Shown: positions 13,060 to 24,519 of the stretch, one piece after another
Layout: each line of letters starts with the position of its first letter
Position numbering within the stretch: position 1 is the first letter of the stretch
Origin: Chrysemys picta bellii
Lineage: Eukaryota
Assembly (NCBI RefSeq): GCF_011386835.1
Contig: NC_088795.1
Span: 16,802,001-16,866,000, forward strand
DNA: 64,000 nucleotides
Reading direction: 5' to 3'
Notes under the pieces: model-generated
Databases searched by the model: none
What the model saw: only the letters and a program-made list of their open reading frames with translations
What the model was told of the DNA's origin: nothing
Made by a program: the position numbers and the translations under genes

Positions 13060-13965
13060 AGAACATAAGAACAGCCATACCGGGTCAGACCAAAGGTCCA
13101 TCTAGCCCAGTATCCTGTCTACCGACAGTGGCCAATGCCAGGTGCCCCAGAGGGAGTGGACCAACAGGCAATGATCAAGTGATCTCTCTCCTGCCATCCA
13201 TCTCCATCCTCTGACAAACAGAGGCTAGGGACACCATTCCTTACCCATCCTGGTTAATAGCCATTAATGGACTTAACCTCCATGAATTTATCCAGTTCTC
13301 TTTTAAACGCTGTTATAGTCCTAGCCTTTTCAACCTCCTCAGGTAAGGAGTTCCACAAATTGACTGTGCGCTGCGTGAAGAAGAACTTCCTTTTATTTGT
13401 TTTAAACCTGCTGCCTATTAATTTCATTTGGTGACCTCTAGTTCTTGTATTATGGGAATAAGTAAATAACTTTTCCTTATCCACTTTCTCCACATCACTC
13501 ATGATTTTATATACCTCTATCATATCCTCCCCTTAGTCTCCTCTTTTCCAAGCTGAAGAGTCCTAGCCTCTTTAATCTCTCCTCATATGGGACCCGTTCC
13601 AAACCCCTAATCATTTTAGTTGCCCTTTTCTGAACCTTTTCTAGTGCAAGTATATCTTTTTTTAGATGAGGAGACCACATCTGTACCCAGTATTCGAGAT
13701 GTGGGCATACGATCGATTTATATAAGGGCAACAATATATTCTCAGTCTTATTCTCTATCCCCTTTTTAATGATCCCTAACATCCTGTTTGCTTTTTTGAC
13801 CTCCTCGGCACACTGCGCGGACATCTTCAGAGAACTATCCACGATGACTCCAAGATCTTTTTCCTGACTTGTTGTAGCTAAATTAGCCCCCATCATAGTG
13901 TATGTATAGTTGGGGTTATTTTTTTCCAATGTGCATTACTTTACATTTATCCACATTACATTTAT
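13060..13965 (-). mobile_element. 5-prime-truncated CR1 LINE (ORF2 C-terminus, 3-prime UTR and tail)
   Basis: Track ORFs 13507..13929 and 13254..13523 encode typical CR1 ORF2 C-terminal text ([42 protein letters not shown]) with one frameshift near 13525; tail TTCTTATGTTCT. Confidence 0.95.
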
Positions 13966-16900
13966 CTGTGTCACAATGCAACCTCCATCCCCACCAGGAG
14001 GCCCACTAGGGACCAGCACAGTGCAAAACATGGATAACGGTGGCTGGGAAGGAAGCATGGTCAGGACAGATGGGGTTCAGTGCACGCCACCAGATGGGCT
14101 CCTATGGATCCCTCAACAGGAATTAAACCTGTCCCTTATGGACAGAAGAAAATGTAGGGCAAATGGCAATTTACACCTCCTTGTGCCCATTTGGTGAATC
14201 TGGAATGAATGGTTCAACGCCACTAGTTTACACCAGGGATGAGCTTGGCCCTAAATGTAGAGTCTGTAACTGCTCTGAGTTATTGATCAGTTTTTGGTTT
14301 CAACTCAATTCACCTTTAAATTAAAAAGAAACAAGAATCATCAAATAGAAACACTCAGGTAAAACTCATCGCTAGTCTGCTGACCTCCTCTGCTCAGGGA
14401 TAAATTTCACCCCCACTGAATTGAAGTCCCAATGTAGCTGTTTTCATGGTGGCTTAAGTGGTGCAGAGGCCTCATGCCTTCTGCGCAGATGTGAATTTCA
14501 CCCTGAGCTCTTAGTTACGCATAACACAGTGCTTCGTATTTACAGATCTAAAAATCCCAAGTCACAGCTCCTTTTAGCCCACCAAAAAAAGTTAGTCTGG
14601 GTACAAACATCATTTTGCATACCATCAATACTGTGACGAACAGGTATTCTGTACGCAGTAAGTTGTATCACTACACTGCCACATCAGCTCACACTGCCAC
14701 ATCGGCCTGCTTCATGCTGCTATCTAAAAACGTACCACTTTGTAAGAAATGCCACACTATAAATCTACAGGCAGTATTTTGTGGGTATCTAACAAACTAC
14801 AGCCAGCAGCCAGATATAGAGAGAACTAAAATATGTTCTGGCATTAATCCAATAAAACCAGTGGTTTGCCAACCAAATGGATTTATTTTAAGAATTTTTT
14901 GCGGCTCTCAAGTTCCATATAGATGTTCCCATACTTATAAAAGTGTTTAATTCATCAGCCTACAAAAATTAAAAATTGTGTAAGTACCAAATAGCAAAAA
15001 CAAAGGGGAAATGACTGTATTCCCCCCATCCACATAGGAAACAACTCAAGGCAAGTTAAATTGCAAAATGAACTTAGTCTGATATTTTGTTGTACTTAAT
15101 CTATATAACATTTCTAATTCCATTAAAAAGAACTCCAGAAGACAGCATGCAGACTGCTGCTACATTCGGAAGTAATATTAGATCCACTACATAAGGAATA
15201 ACTGGGAGGTATCCAGCAACAGTCTGAGCTGTGCCAATGGAAAGTCAAGAGTTCAAATATGTACATTTCTTTCATAGCTGTCAGTCTTCTGACTTGCCGT
15301 GTACTGCTTATCTTTAGGCCAAAACCTGTGACTTTTTCTTCCATGCAGTGTTTTGGACGTACATGTGATAGCTGGATAACTTTTCCAAAGTGGTGCTACA
15401 TAGAATCTGTACATATTTTAATCTACAGCTTGTATTTCCTCTGAACGCTGCTGGAAAGAACTGCCCTGCAGTTAGGTACTTTGTTTGCCTTGCAATTACA
15501 ATATGGCATGTGACACTTCACAGCCCAACAAGCCCTTCCCTGATCAACAAAATTACAGCATGTTCAAATACTTTACACTGTGCATTTCATGTTCAACTGG
15601 CATAGTGTCAGCTAGTACTAGATACGGTGGTGATTAGGTACAAGTTCAGAATTTCCTGTGTTTAGGCCACATTGTGGGCCTGAGTTACCAGTGCATTACT
15701 CCAGTTTTAAGCTAGTTAACGCACGCCTGGTGAGGAGGGGATACGTTTTTAAACCCGATTAATTTATGCCTTCCTGGTGATAAAATTGGTTCTCTCATAG
15801 CTCTGCGTGGTGTCAATTCATCTTAGCGGAGATCAAAATTTGATGAGATCTGCTATGGCTGCAGATTCAGGGCCTTATTGGCTGCCGCATTACACCAGTG
15901 ATATGCCAGGAAAAAACTCCACTGAAATCAATGGGAATTACACTGGAGTCATATCCAAGCAGAACAGCTCTAACAAACTGGCATCTCGGTTACGACAAAT
16001 CAACATCACATACAGTTATGAAAAAGCAAATTTTATTATCAGGACTTCATAATAACTGGATTACAAACTCATCCCCTCTCCGCAAAACCTAATTCTCGAC
16101 ATTTCTCCATCGTTATAAAATAATGCAAGCTCCCTCTCACCCCTCCACTGCAGTTCATCCCTTGAAAGTATTTTAGTCTATTCATTTGCAACTTTTCTCC
16201 TCCAAACCACCATTCAATACACAAAACAGATGTGTATCCAATGGTCAGTTATTAGTAGGGCAGGGCAGTACCTGGGGCTAAAAGGAGCCAGGCTGTCAGT
16301 AAGCAGGGGAGAGCTGCCAGAGGCAGGAACGGCAGAAGTTCCCTGGGAGAGGCTGCCAAAGTCCCGTGGGAGGGGAGGCAGCGGGAAGCTGGAGTAATGC
16401 AGGAAAAAAGGAGAAAGCTGTGGCAGGCAGTGCTCCGTTAAAAGAGCACAGAAGAATCCTACAAAGGTCCTGAAACAGGAGGGACTGGGAAAAGCAAAAG
16501 GGAAAATCCCCTGAGAGCTGTAACCCAGGGTGTTTTTGCATTTGCGAAGTAAAACCGAGCCTAGAAAGAGCCTCTGGGTGTGACACTGGATCCTTCATGG
16601 GTTGCAGATAAGCCAGCACCTTACACATCCTGATTCAGGGAAACATTTTAAGCACGTGCTTCAGTGCCAGTGAAGCCCCCTAAGCAGTAAACTACCGTGC
16701 TGAGTACTGGCTTAGTAACAGAAAGCTCATCGCAAACTCCTCTTTCCTACGGTAGTAGTTGTTCTCCTCCAAGGGTTAATGGTCTGAGAGTCTTCCCCCT
16801 CTTACAGTGTAAAGACCTGACAGCTAATTATAATCTCCACACAGTTCTGATTCCTGATGAGCATGGTAGCATTAAACAGGAAACCTAAGTACAGGAAATT

Positions 16901-17465
16901 AAGTTTAAGTGAAAGTGATCTTAAAAGCCTAGGGCATCTCTGAATTTGGGAGGTGGAGATCTCAAGGCTGTAGAAATAACATCCAGCCAGTGACATCTAG
17001 AATAAGGCTAGTTTGGCCCTGATGTTGTTAGAAGCCTGCTGCAGTTGTTAAATTAGTGCCTCCTTTTATCATTACATGTTGAGCAGTGGTACATATCCTG
17101 ACACATAATTTTAATAATAGCTTGTAAGTGTCACTGATAATGTAAGAGGTTTAACAATGAGCTCAAAGATTATCCAGAAGAAAGCATCTTAAATCCTATT
17201 AAAGAGTAGCTAATCTGCATAAAACTTATGACAAGCCAGACTTTTTCAGGGTTTAATAAACTAGCTGAATATTCATTTTTAAAGCACCGTCCAAATCAGT
17301 TTGGACGCAGATGACTATTTAAAGCCCATTCCAAAGCTGGAAAATACACCAGGGAAATAACACAAGATAGAAAAATAGAACTGCCTTTAGCCAAAACCCC
17401 ACACAATTAAATTCAGCATCCGTGAATATACAAGATACAGAACAAAACTTTCACCAAATACTTAC

Positions 17466-17535
17466 TGGCCACTTTTATGTAGGACGGGTGCTGGACAGAG
17501 CATAAAAGTGGATTCCACTGTTACAGGTTTTTCGT
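17466..17535 (-). CDS. ANTXR2: ANTXR2 exon 10 (70 nt): (N)EKPVTVESTFMLCPAPVLHKSG
   Basis: Acceptor ttctttttcag, donor gtaagt, phase 1-2. Confidence 0.94.
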
Positions 17536-18947
17536 CTGAAAAAGAAAGCATCACATGAGCTCAACATACTGCACTATAGTCACATGGGAAGCTGACATGT
17601 CTGAATATGATGCAATCTAGTTTTCTTCAATGAATTTTGGATATTGATTTGATTCAAAGCTGCCCTGACTTGTAAGTTATTAAGGCCCCAATTGAGGAAA
17701 GCACTTATGTTTAAATCCACAGGACAACGCTTACGCCCAGGCTTAACTTTAAGTGCCACTGACTGCTTAAAGTTAAGTGTGAGCTTTAGTGCAGTCTAGG
17801 ATAAGGACACTTTCTTGAACTGGAGTTTAGTGAGAAAAGTGTTTTTAATAATATTGACAGACTCACTACTAATTAGAAGATGAAGGGCAGGTTCTTATAA
17901 GCAGGCCTGTACTGCTAATTTCTATCCATTATAGCCAACGACCATTATTACAATAACTTACAATTCTGTAGCATTTCTCATTCTGAAGGATCCCAAAGCT
18001 CTCTCCAAAGCATGGCTGCTTTACAAAGCATGCATTTTTATTGATAGGTCAAGGTTAACTACCATAGCGTCAGGCTATGCCCTGCCGCTCTGCAGGTGTG
18101 AAAGGTGGGAGGACACATGAAGCCCCTGCACAGCAGCAGGAAATGACTGCAGTCCTTCCACCCATCCCCTGGGGTACAAGACACCCCAAAAGAGGTGGAA
18201 GGGGTCAGAGAGGAAGGCCATTGTCCCACCCATCCCCGTACACACTGGCCTATGCTACTCTCTAAAGGGCAAAAGGAACTCTACCATCATGTGTACCACA
18301 GGGCTCTGGGAGGAGGTCTGACAACTGGAGGCAAAGTCCCTCTCATAACTCACCCTGGGCTGGGCTGTTCTGGGACTGGGCCTTAAAGACACAACTCAGC
18401 ACACAATCAGGAAATCACCTATCTGCGGGAGTAAGCTCTGAGGCAACTCCATCCTGAACATAAATAAAGCCAGATATGCAAATGGCTTAGAGATGGTTGA
18501 GGAAGTTGCTAGGTCGTGGGAGATGCACATTACATCTGGATGTGGTACATTCTGCACCAACTGCTCATGCCGGAACTGGGGCTAACTGCAAAGGGGAGGC
18601 GGGCTTAGCACATGGCCATATACTTTTGTCTTAAGGTTACATTTTATAGTTCAGTAGTAGTAGTATTTCAACTACACTTATTTTCAGCATTTGGTAATGC
18701 AAATCTACAAATGTTAGAAAACAAACCCGCCAAATCTAACATCTAAAATCAAACGAACCTACAAAATTATTGTTTGCCCCAAGGGCTGTCCTACAGGCAA
18801 CCTCGAAGTAGGAAGACGGTGTGTGTGCCACACAAACAGGGCTCAATCTACCACGACTATTCACCCTGATCAACACTCAAGTGTATAGTCTCATCCCCTT
18901 TCATTAGGCGTATGAGTAGCGGGAGTTTACTGGGAGGAGGAAACCCA

Positions 18948-18993
18948 CTCAGTACCCTTCACAGGGCTGCCTCAGTACCCTTCACAGGGCTGC
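18948..18993 (+). repeat. Perfect 23-bp tandem duplication
   Basis: ctcagtacccttcacagggctgc occurs twice in tandem. Confidence 0.95.
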
Positions 18994-19419
18994 CTTCCTC
19001 CTCTTCTTGCTGCCCATGCTCAAAGCATCTTCAGCCCATGTTAGGTTTTTGTCATTCTCTTCTGCTTGTGTTCTGATATAAAACTACCCTGCCCCTGGCA
19101 ACGTGGCAGCACCATGCAGCACACCACCAAGCCACTCCAGTATCTGGTGGTGTTATTTACACCAAGGCAAAGTTGGTGTAAAATACTATCATTCTGCTTT
19201 AATAGTGTTTTGCATCCACTTTGCACTAGTGTAAATGACCAAACAAGGTGCAGTGCATCACAGAATCAGGCCCCTAATGCCTAATGTTACTGGCCTATAA
19301 TTCTAGAAAAACTAACAGCATCTGATGTTATGCATCAGTAGCACTTCTGCCATTGCATGTTGATAGTAGCATTATTAGTAATACATGCTAAAACGGAGGA
19401 AAGTCTACAATATTATTGC

Positions 19420-19530
19420 TATTTTAAATGGATAAACAGAGACATGGAGAGGTTAGGTGAATTGCCTGTGGTCACAGAACAAGTCAGTGACAGAGACAGA
19501 AATAGAACACCGGGGTCCTAACCACTAGGC
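19420..19530 (-). mobile_element. MIR/CORE-SINE-like fragment
   Basis: ggataaacagagacatggagaggttaggtgaattgcctgtggtcacag resembles the CORE-SINE core; boundaries approximate. Confidence 0.6.
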
Positions 19531-20184
19531 AGCTGGTCTACATGTAGATGCCAATATTCACATCCAAAGTACTCATATTTCCAAAACCTTCAGATATTTC
19601 TCCCAAATCTGAAATGTGTATAAAGAATAAATAAAGTCAATTTTCTTCCTCTGCAACTACAATGATCTGAATGTTTCAAATGTTCCCCGAGCCATCTGGA
19701 TAATTGAGTTTTACCAGAATACTGTAGCCACATGTGCAAGAATTACTCCACCCTCCTCTGAATTGTAGCCACTTCTGACCAGATCACAGCAACTTATTTA
19801 TACTGTACAGTCAGAGCAAATCAGCACAAGTTTATGACAGGAAGTCAGAATGTCACATTCAGTGGAAATTGAAGGACAATTTATATAGACAGAATGTAAT
19901 TACACAATTTGACTTTAGGCAGACCACCTGGGCTAGCACATTTACTCATACAAATTGTTCTGTGAGATCTTTAACAAACACATGATCAGGACCTCATATG
20001 CTGAAGAGTGGAACAAATGTGATGGAACCACATTTGTGTACAGTAAGATAGGAATCTGGGGAAAAGTAAGTGCACTGTATAAATTAGAAACGACTCAAAA
20101 TCCTTGTGTTTTATTTTATACGCCTACTCTTCACTCATTTTGCAATCACGGTTTATTTTTAAGGATATTTACTTCTTAAGGCAA

Positions 20185-20310
20185 GTATCAGGGGGTAGCC
20201 GTGTTAGTCTGTATCCGCAAAAACAACAAGGAGTCCGGTGCACCTTAAAGACTAACAGATCTATTTGGGCATAAGCTTTCATGGGTAAAAAAGCCACTTC
20301 TTCAGATGCA
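20185..20310 (-). mobile_element. Penelope-like terminal fragment with second hammerhead motif (20269-20309)
   Basis: Minus strand GCAU-CUGAAGA-A-GUGG(CUUUUUUAC)CCAU-GAA-AGCU-U-AUGC; upstream sequence homologous to the 8255 copy. Confidence 0.7.
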
Positions 20311-21235
20311 AAATCCATTAGCTATTCACTTTGGTTCCCGAACATCAAAAATAGCAGATGTTTACTAGGAGGGTCCAACTTGTAGTCATTTGTACCAGTA
20401 CAAAGTGGGTGTAAAACATTACTGAATCAAAACAGAAGCCTTTTACATTTCCTTTGCACTGGTGCAAGTGACCGCACACAATGAAGGGCAACAAAGAATT
20501 AGGCCCTGAGTGTTTTCCTGAAAATTTACATTCTCTTTCCCTTATATTTGTTTAACTGAAGTTTCAAAGAGCTGTGTAGAATAAAATCTGCTCTCTCCCT
20601 CATTAAGAGCTTTTCTGACTACGGATCAGCTCCTGCAGTCCTTCACTCAGGCATCACGCCCACTGAAGTCAACTGGAGTTTTGCCTGAGTAAGAACTAAA
20701 CACTGTAGGATCTGGCCAATTACAAATATTAATAAAAGCAAAAAATATAATGTAGAAAACTGTTCCCTTGGAACTGAAAAGGGTACACAGAAAGGTGTTT
20801 TTATTTGCAATCACCTATTTATACACGAATCCTAGAGGTGAAACTAGCGCAATAAGCCACAGCTATCCACATCCTATGGCTGTGTGGAGTTCATTTTTCA
20901 AATTACTATGCAGAACTTTCATGCACCGATCTAATTATTTGCTATAATTATTGGGAATTTCACAGAAGGGCTCCAGCAGGTCACTTATGTCAATTATTTT
21001 TACACAAATTATTGCAATGTTAAAATAATTTTCATACCATTCTGTTAATCTTATTATGTATTTTAATGTGTGCATAATATTTGCACTACAATGCTCACAT
21101 TACCTCTTACCATCAAAAGTGAAATAATTATTATATAACCCATGTAGGCCTATCCTGATGTACACTCAGTTAAAACTTGTATGCACTAATACATTTTGCA
21201 AAACCCTTTTTCCTCTCTCTCTTTTTGCTTTTCTT

Positions 21236-21391
21236 AGGCCTGGTCTACACTTAAAAGTTTTACCAGCATCATTATTTCAGTGGAGTGTGATTTATTTTTT
21301 TTTGGTTATAATCAAAATAGTTATAGCAGTAAAAGCCCTAGTGTGAACGCTGTTACATCAGCGTAAAGGTGCCTTACTCTGGTATAGCTTA
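21236..21391. mobile_element. Left part of a Harbinger-type MITE interrupted by a second MITE
   Basis: Starts aggcctggtctacacttaaaag; similar sequence appears to resume after 21686. Confidence 0.5.
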
Positions 21392-21683
21392 GGGTACGTC
21401 TTCACTACCCGCCAGATTGGCAGGTAGTGATTGATCTATCGGGGATCGATTTATCGCGTCTCATCTAGCCACGATAAATCGATCCTCGAACGCGCTCCCG
21501 TCGACTCCGGAACTCCACCAGAGCGAGAGGCGGTAGTGGAGTTGACGGGGGAGCCACGGCAGTCGATCCCATGCCGTGAGGACCCGAGGTAAATCGATCT
21601 AAGATACGTCGACTTCAGCTACGCTATTCACGTAGCTGAAGTTGCGTATCTTAGATCAATCCCCCCCCAGTGAAGACCAGTCC
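21392..21683. mobile_element. Harbinger/PIF-type MITE with TTA TSD
   Basis: Ends gggtacgtcttcact and agtgaagaccagtcc; TTA at 21389-21391 and 21684-21686. Confidence 0.8.
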
Positions 21684-21944
21684 TTAGTCCGCTTCCTGAA
21701 CTGGAATAAGTACTTTTATACTAGTGCTTATACTAATAAAGCTAATACTTTTATGCTGGACCCCACACCAAAAGGGGCACGCATTTCCTGCATGATCCGT
21801 GCGGCTTCGCCACCTCCTTGAGCAGAACCACAGCAGTTCCACTGCCAGGCAGGGATGTCCAGTGTTTTTATAGGGAACTGTATTTGCTTCTGTGTACCTC
21901 AAACAGGTGACACTTTGACAATGACACCACAAGCCACCAATGTA

Positions 21945-22238
21945 ACTCAAGGGTGACCTGGAACAACCATCTCTTGGGCTGAGAATGTGGGCCCATTCCT
22001 TGGCCTCTCTGCTGAGAGGATTGCCAATTAGTGCAAGTTGTGGTGATGTTTTTCCTATGTGGACACCTGCCTATTAGGAGCTTGACTGACACCACCAACG
22101 TATTTCCTCTGGGCTGCTGGATGGCCAGACATTAACGACAGCCTGCGGTTAATACCAACCTGGACGGGATTCAAATCACTGATAAGAGGCAAAAACACTT
22201 ATATCCCATTACCAGTCCTCTGAGCCATCCCAGTTCCC
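21945..22238 (-). mobile_element. LF-SINE-like element (ancient Deu-domain SINE)
   Basis: Minus strand GTTGGTGGTGTCAGTCAAGCTCCTAATAGGCAGGTGTCCACAT...CACTAATTGGCAATCCTCTCAGCAGAGAGGCCAAGGAATGGGCC matches the recalled LF-SINE consensus and is preceded by a tRNA-like head. Confidence 0.75.
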
Positions 22239-22396
22239 TCCTTTATTATTTCACTTCATCCCTCCTCCCTTTCGATTTGCATAAAATAGAGAAGTGACAG
22301 AGAACATTCACAACAGTAAAAATAAACGTATATGGCAGACACTTGTGGTGATTTATCCTGGATTCACTGCAGTTTACCTTAGACTTTGATACTTAC

Positions 22397-22492
22397 TAAT
22401 GGTTGTGCCATTTATATGGTAGGTGCAAGTAACACCATCTTGTCTTCTGCCCAGTGTGAAGCCACTTCCTCTGAGGACAACATGAAACTCCT
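22397..22492 (-). CDS. ANTXR2: ANTXR2 exon 9 (96 nt): (E)EFHVVLRGSGFTLGRRQDGVTCTYHINGTTI(N); Ig-like domain
   Basis: Acceptor tgtgttttcag, donor gtaagt, phase 1-1. Confidence 0.93.
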
Positions 22493-22864
22493 CTGAAAAC
22501 ACAAAATTATCAGCTTTTAGTGGGTGTGGCAGGAGCCAGGTTTATACCAGTCAAGTCTCAAGTCATCTAGCTACAAAACAGCGACAGCACAGGCAATAAC
22601 ACTGCAAACCTACTCATGCCACCTTGCCACAGTGCCCCAATGTGCCTCACATTTCACCTAGAGAGAGTCATCTGCAGTGACAGAGTAGTTTTGTTTCTAT
22701 GCTTTTTATAGGATTTTGAAATGCATACTCCCACCTAGCAACTAAGGCTAGGCCATATCCTTCTGCTCTGCAATGGAAAGGTCAACTTCATGGCTCTCAG
22801 CCCCACAAACGAGATCTTTGCAAGCCTACAAGTTCTTATTAAGCTACTACAATATATGGTATAC

Positions 22865-22936
22865 GGGCCTGATACAAAACTCTTTGGAGTCAGCGGAAAG
22901 ACTCCTGTTGACTTCAATGCACTTTGTATCAGGCCC
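22865..22936. mobile_element. Short palindromic MITE-like element (GGGCCTGAT...ATCAGGCCC class)
   Basis: Perfect 14-bp TIR gggcctgatacaaa / tttgtatcaggccc with a ttgacttcaatg core; many decayed relatives across the window. Confidence 0.6.
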
Positions 22937-23318
22937 TTTGAGAGCACCTGATATTGGTTGGCTTGAATTTCTTCCGAAATCTGGATGGTGATCATGAAGT
23001 TTTCTTTGAGTGACTAAAGAGTCTTTATTTATTTAAACCATTGCTCTGAATCAAATAATCCAGGAACTTTTGTAATCTTCTTCCTTTTTTTTTTTTTTTT
23101 TTTTTAACAAAACAACAGAATAAAAAGATTTTGCAATAACCTTATTTTTCATGAATGCAAAGCATGTGTGGATTGTGAAATCAGAAAGAGGTGAAGAAAA
23201 AAAATTCGGAACAGGTCAAACTCAGGGGAAATTAACACTTGCACTGCCTTTCAAGTCTGGTCTGCAATTTTGTGTAATTATTCTCTAGCATTTTAACATA
23301 TATTTCTTCTAGTAATAC

Positions 23319-23364
23319 ATCATAATGGTCCCTTCTGACCTAAAGTCTATGACTCTATGACTCT
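23319..23364 (+). mobile_element. CR1 extreme 3-prime tail fragment
   Basis: cataatggtcccttctgacctaaagtctatgactctatgactcta, an octamer-repeat CR1 tail. Confidence 0.65.
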
Positions 23365-24331
23365 AAATCAGCAAATCGCTGTTTTCAGAATCATATGGAA
23401 AAAAAGTTGAAAGTCCATGTCCATGGCATGACAAAAATTATTATGAATGTATGTGATTACACTTATCAGGACTTTAAAAATCAAAATGATCATAGCAGCT
23501 GTACATGGAGTTACATGTGAATATATCATTACCGTGAATGCAAGAGCAACAGTATAGCTTCCATGACAGATTCTCCTAGTCCCTTAGTGAAGGAAACTTA
23601 TTTACTGTAATTCTGATTTCGTTTGACTAATTGCAAGGTTTCACAGAACTTATAAGCCCATCTCTAATTCAGCTTCATTCACCACACACAGTGAATATCA
23701 GATAAACAAATAGTTTTGTGACTATTTTTAACTTCTGAAAAAATAACTCTCTCAGTAGAAAGTTACAGTATGTGTTTACCTTAACATATTTCTGTGACTT
23801 GAAATGTAACTTGATCCATTTAATTGAATATGGAAAATTGTGTATACTTTTAAGGTGGAAAATTGGGTAGTAAAATGCATGGCTTTGAGACCAGCATGGC
23901 AGTTTAGAGAATGTGCAATATATTGCCACATGAGTTTCTGGACTATGACTATAGTGTGTTTATACAGTGCTGTGTACAGAGTCTAGCCCATGACTGGACT
24001 CCTAGATGCTATCTCAACACAAATAACTACTAATAATGGTAACAACAACATTGCTCAGTTTGTCATTCACTGGACAACATGGAGTTGCCAGACACAGGAT
24101 TGAGAGTGGGAGCTGTCTGTCCATCCCTCAAAATTCTTCCACTGCATTTATCCTAGGCTACAAGAGGAGGAGTTAGAGGACAACCCTCCTCCCTCCCCGT
24201 TAGAAGGAAGAATCCAATCTTTCCTTAATTCCTTTTCTGTCTAGTGGAGTTTTAGCTACACATTTTACACAAAGCGGAAAACAGCACTATCATAATTATT
24301 TGTATATTATTTTCCATTTCTAATAACTTAC

Positions 24332-24392
24332 CTCCCACGCAGACACTTGATGGTTCCAAATATAAAATCTCTGTGCATGACTGCTTCAGTAT
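24332..24392 (-). CDS. ANTXR2: ANTXR2 exon 8 (61 nt): ILKQSCTEILYLEPSSVCVG(E)
   Basis: Acceptor ctccccccccaatag, donor gtaagt, phase 0-1; follows a 24-kb intron (24393-48400). Confidence 0.95.
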
Positions 24393-24519
24393 CTATTGGG
24401 GGGGAGAGGAGAAATTGGGGAGAGAAGATAATATCAAAATATGAATAAGATTTCTAAATACAACATCAGAAACTGAGATCACACCAAACAGTGAGACAAG
24501 AATGAACAATGCACATGTT

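Noticed and set aside
1-17465. ANTXR2 exon 11 (expected TLDVSVSFNGG...TEC-like) within the window
   Set aside because: A manual scan found no match. Donor-like sites near 6195 and 6685 (acttac on the plus strand) give unrelated peptides. Intron 10 probably extends past position 1, though a highly diverged exon could have been missed.
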